20,000 nucleotides of DNA from an uncultured virus (IMG/VR IMGVR_UViG_3300035071_000047). Its lineage: Duplodnaviria > Heunggongvirae > Uroviricota > Caudoviricetes. Location of the stretch: IMG/VR virus record IMGVR_UViG_3300035071_000047, one strand, 5' to 3'. The position numbers and the translations under genes were made by a program. Positions 18,642-20,000 of this stretch are shown here, piece by piece. The notes beneath the pieces are model-generated. The model was not told where the DNA came from, searched no databases, and saw only the letters and a list, made by a program, of their open reading frames with translations. Position 1 is the stretch's first letter; each line of letters opens with the position of its first letter.

Positions 18642-19587
18642 GCGGTCGGCCGTCAACCCTGCGCCGCCTCGGACCCATGAGGGCCAAGCCCCCCAAGAAC
18701 CCGCCCACCGTCGCCGCGAGTGCGATGGCGCCGGCCGCGACCGCCGCGGGGCGCGGTCGCGCGGGGCCCTCCTCACCCGGCTGCCACACGACGTTCTGGG
18801 GACAGCTAGGACCCACGCAGGGCGGGGTCCGACCGACAAAAGGGGCCTGCGGCACCCCCGGCTGCCGCAACACCTTGAGGGGGGTCCCTGGCGTCGCCAG
18901 CGGGGCGAGCGTCGGGTCCTGGACGATGTCCCACAGGTCCCTCGAGACGCCGTCCACGAAGCACGTGCGCGCCACGAGGAGGCAGTTCTGGGAGTAGTCA
19001 ACTTCTTGGATGCCGTGGACCCACCCGCGCCCCTGGACGACGTTGACGCCAGGCAGCGTCACCGACGGTGACCAAGTATGTCCAAGAAACGTCGGTGTCA
19101 AAAAATGCATGCCGTAGTTGATCGCGCGCCCGCTCGTCGCCGGGTTCGTCGCGAAGAGGTTGTCCACGATCCAGACCTTGCCCACCGTCTGCACGATGCC
19201 CTGCGTCGGACTTGCGGCCGCAACCTGCCCGTCGATCCACTCGCTCTGGTCGACCATCACTTTCGTGGTCACCATCGACGCGTCGGGCGTCTGCGTGTGC
19301 GGCGTCAGCGTCACGGCGCGCTGCGCGTACATCAGGTCGAGCAGCTTCGCCGTGAGCAGCGAGCAACCGATCGTGTCGGCGACCGTCTGCTTCAAGAACG
19401 CCGACATCGTGATCCGGACGCCACCGATCTTGAGCGCGTCGGCGAACACGCGGAATTCGCCGTGGTGGCCGGAGATGTCGCTCATCACGGTCGCCCAGTC
19501 GACCTCGTAGTCGCCCTGGCGGACGTGGTCAAGGATGACGGCGTCGCGCTTCGGACCCGGCAGCGCCGGGAAGTCGGTCGGCAGCAT
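18595..19587 (-). CDS. Uncharacterised conserved-domain protein (putative enzyme) with Pro-rich linker, C-terminal TM helix and basic tail, 330 aa
   Basis: TAGACT-N6-ATG start. Motifs Q.VAD..G..L.T.K..D, AINYGMH and VQGRGWVH...VDYSQ..LV recall an uncharacterised YGWH/DYS bacterial family. Ends AAVAAGAIALAATVGGFLGGLALM-GPRRRR. Confidence 0.8.
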   Translation of the reverse strand: MLPTDFPALPGPKRDAVILDHVRQGDYEVDWATVMSDISGHHGEFRVFADALKIGGVRITMSAFLKQTVADTIGCSLLTAKLLDLMYAQRAVTLTPHTQTPDASMVTTKVMVDQSEWIDGQVAAASPTQGIVQTVGKVWIVDNLFATNPATSGRAINYGMHFLTPTFLGHTWSPSVTLPGVNVVQGRGWVHGIQEVDYSQNCLLVARTCFVDGVSRDLWDIVQDPTLAPLATPGTPLKVLRQPGVPQAPFVGRTPPCVGPSCPQNVVWQPGEEGPARPRPAAVAAGAIALAATVGGFLGGLALMGPRRRRVDGRPRVRDARGHGRRSAHG

Positions 19588-19596
19588 CCCGAGAGT

Positions 19597-19842
19597 CTAC
19601 GACGAGTCTCGCTCTCGCGCGACCGCCGCCAGCGACGGCTTCGTCCGCTGGTCGACCACCGCCTGGTCGCCACGGGGCGTCAGGAGCCACCGCTTTGCGC
19701 CACGATCGACGAGGCGACCGCCGTCTCGATCTCTGGAGAGAGACCGGAACGTCGCCGTCTCGGGACGGTACCGACTGACGAGCAGCGTCTCGCCGGCCTT
19801 GAGGCGAGACAGGATCCGAAACTGCTTCTCCGACAGAGACAT
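19597..19842 (-). CDS. Small basic protein, possibly winged-helix DNA-binding, 81 aa
   Basis: AAGGAG SD. MSLSEKQFRILSRL...RLVDRGAKRWLLTPRG resembles a wHTH wing (W.LT..G). Confidence 0.7.
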   Translation of the reverse strand: MSLSEKQFRILSRLKAGETLLVSRYRPETATFRSLSRDRDGGRLVDRGAKRWLLTPRGDQAVVDQRTKPSLAAVARERDSS

Positions 19843-19845
19843 GTC

Positions 19846-19998
19846 CTACTCCTTCACGTCCGACAGTCGCCGCGCCAAGAAGTCGAGCAACTTGTCGTAG
19901 TTCTCGTGCTCGACGTCCAGGCAGCATACCTGCATCTCGTTGCGCGCCGCGCAGTCGCCGAGATAGCCTCTCTCGTGCGGCTCCGACGAGACCCACTC
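19846..19998 (-). CDS. 3' end of a hypothetical protein truncated by the window edge (...EWVSSEPHERGYLGDCAARNEMQVCCLDVEHENYDKLLDFLARRLSDVKE*)
   Basis: Open, GC3-rich frame; its last codons form the SD of the next gene. Confidence 0.65.
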   Translation of the reverse strand, partial: EWVSSEPHERGYLGDCAARNEMQVCCLDVEHENYDKLLDFLARRLSDVKE

Positions 19999-20000
19999 CT

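Overview
High-GC (roughly 65-70% by eye), tightly packed, virus/prophage-like region. About 22 short-spaced or overlapping genes run on the + strand (1-17897) and converge on 5 genes on the - strand (17887-20000). Recognisable products are a papain-like C1A cysteine peptidase, a GT2+TPR glycosyltransferase, a DUF4259-like protein, a divergent RpoH/sigma-32-like sigma factor, a putative peptidoglycan hydrolase with a PG-binding domain, three large fibre/spike proteins (two with Gly-X-Thr collagen), a lipoprotein CX5R phosphatase and a lipoprotein metzincin. No capsid, portal, terminase, packaging ATPase, integrase, rRNA, tRNA or CRISPR array is visible, so the element type is inferred. A myxobacterial host is suggested by a DAG-rich Cys-rich lipoprotein and the RpoH-like sigma, but is unproven. 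The most notable patterns are (i) five unrelated proteins with no signal peptide but a C-terminal TM helix plus basic tail, suggesting a lipid-containing virion or a sorting signal; (ii) a GT2-TPR enzyme encoded with Thr-rich collagen fibres, suggesting fibre glycosylation; (iii) a recurring TAnnnT-N6/7-ATG leaderless-promoter layout; (iv) a candidate RBS-sequestering pseudoknot. All family assignments come from motif recognition by eye, not from searches.
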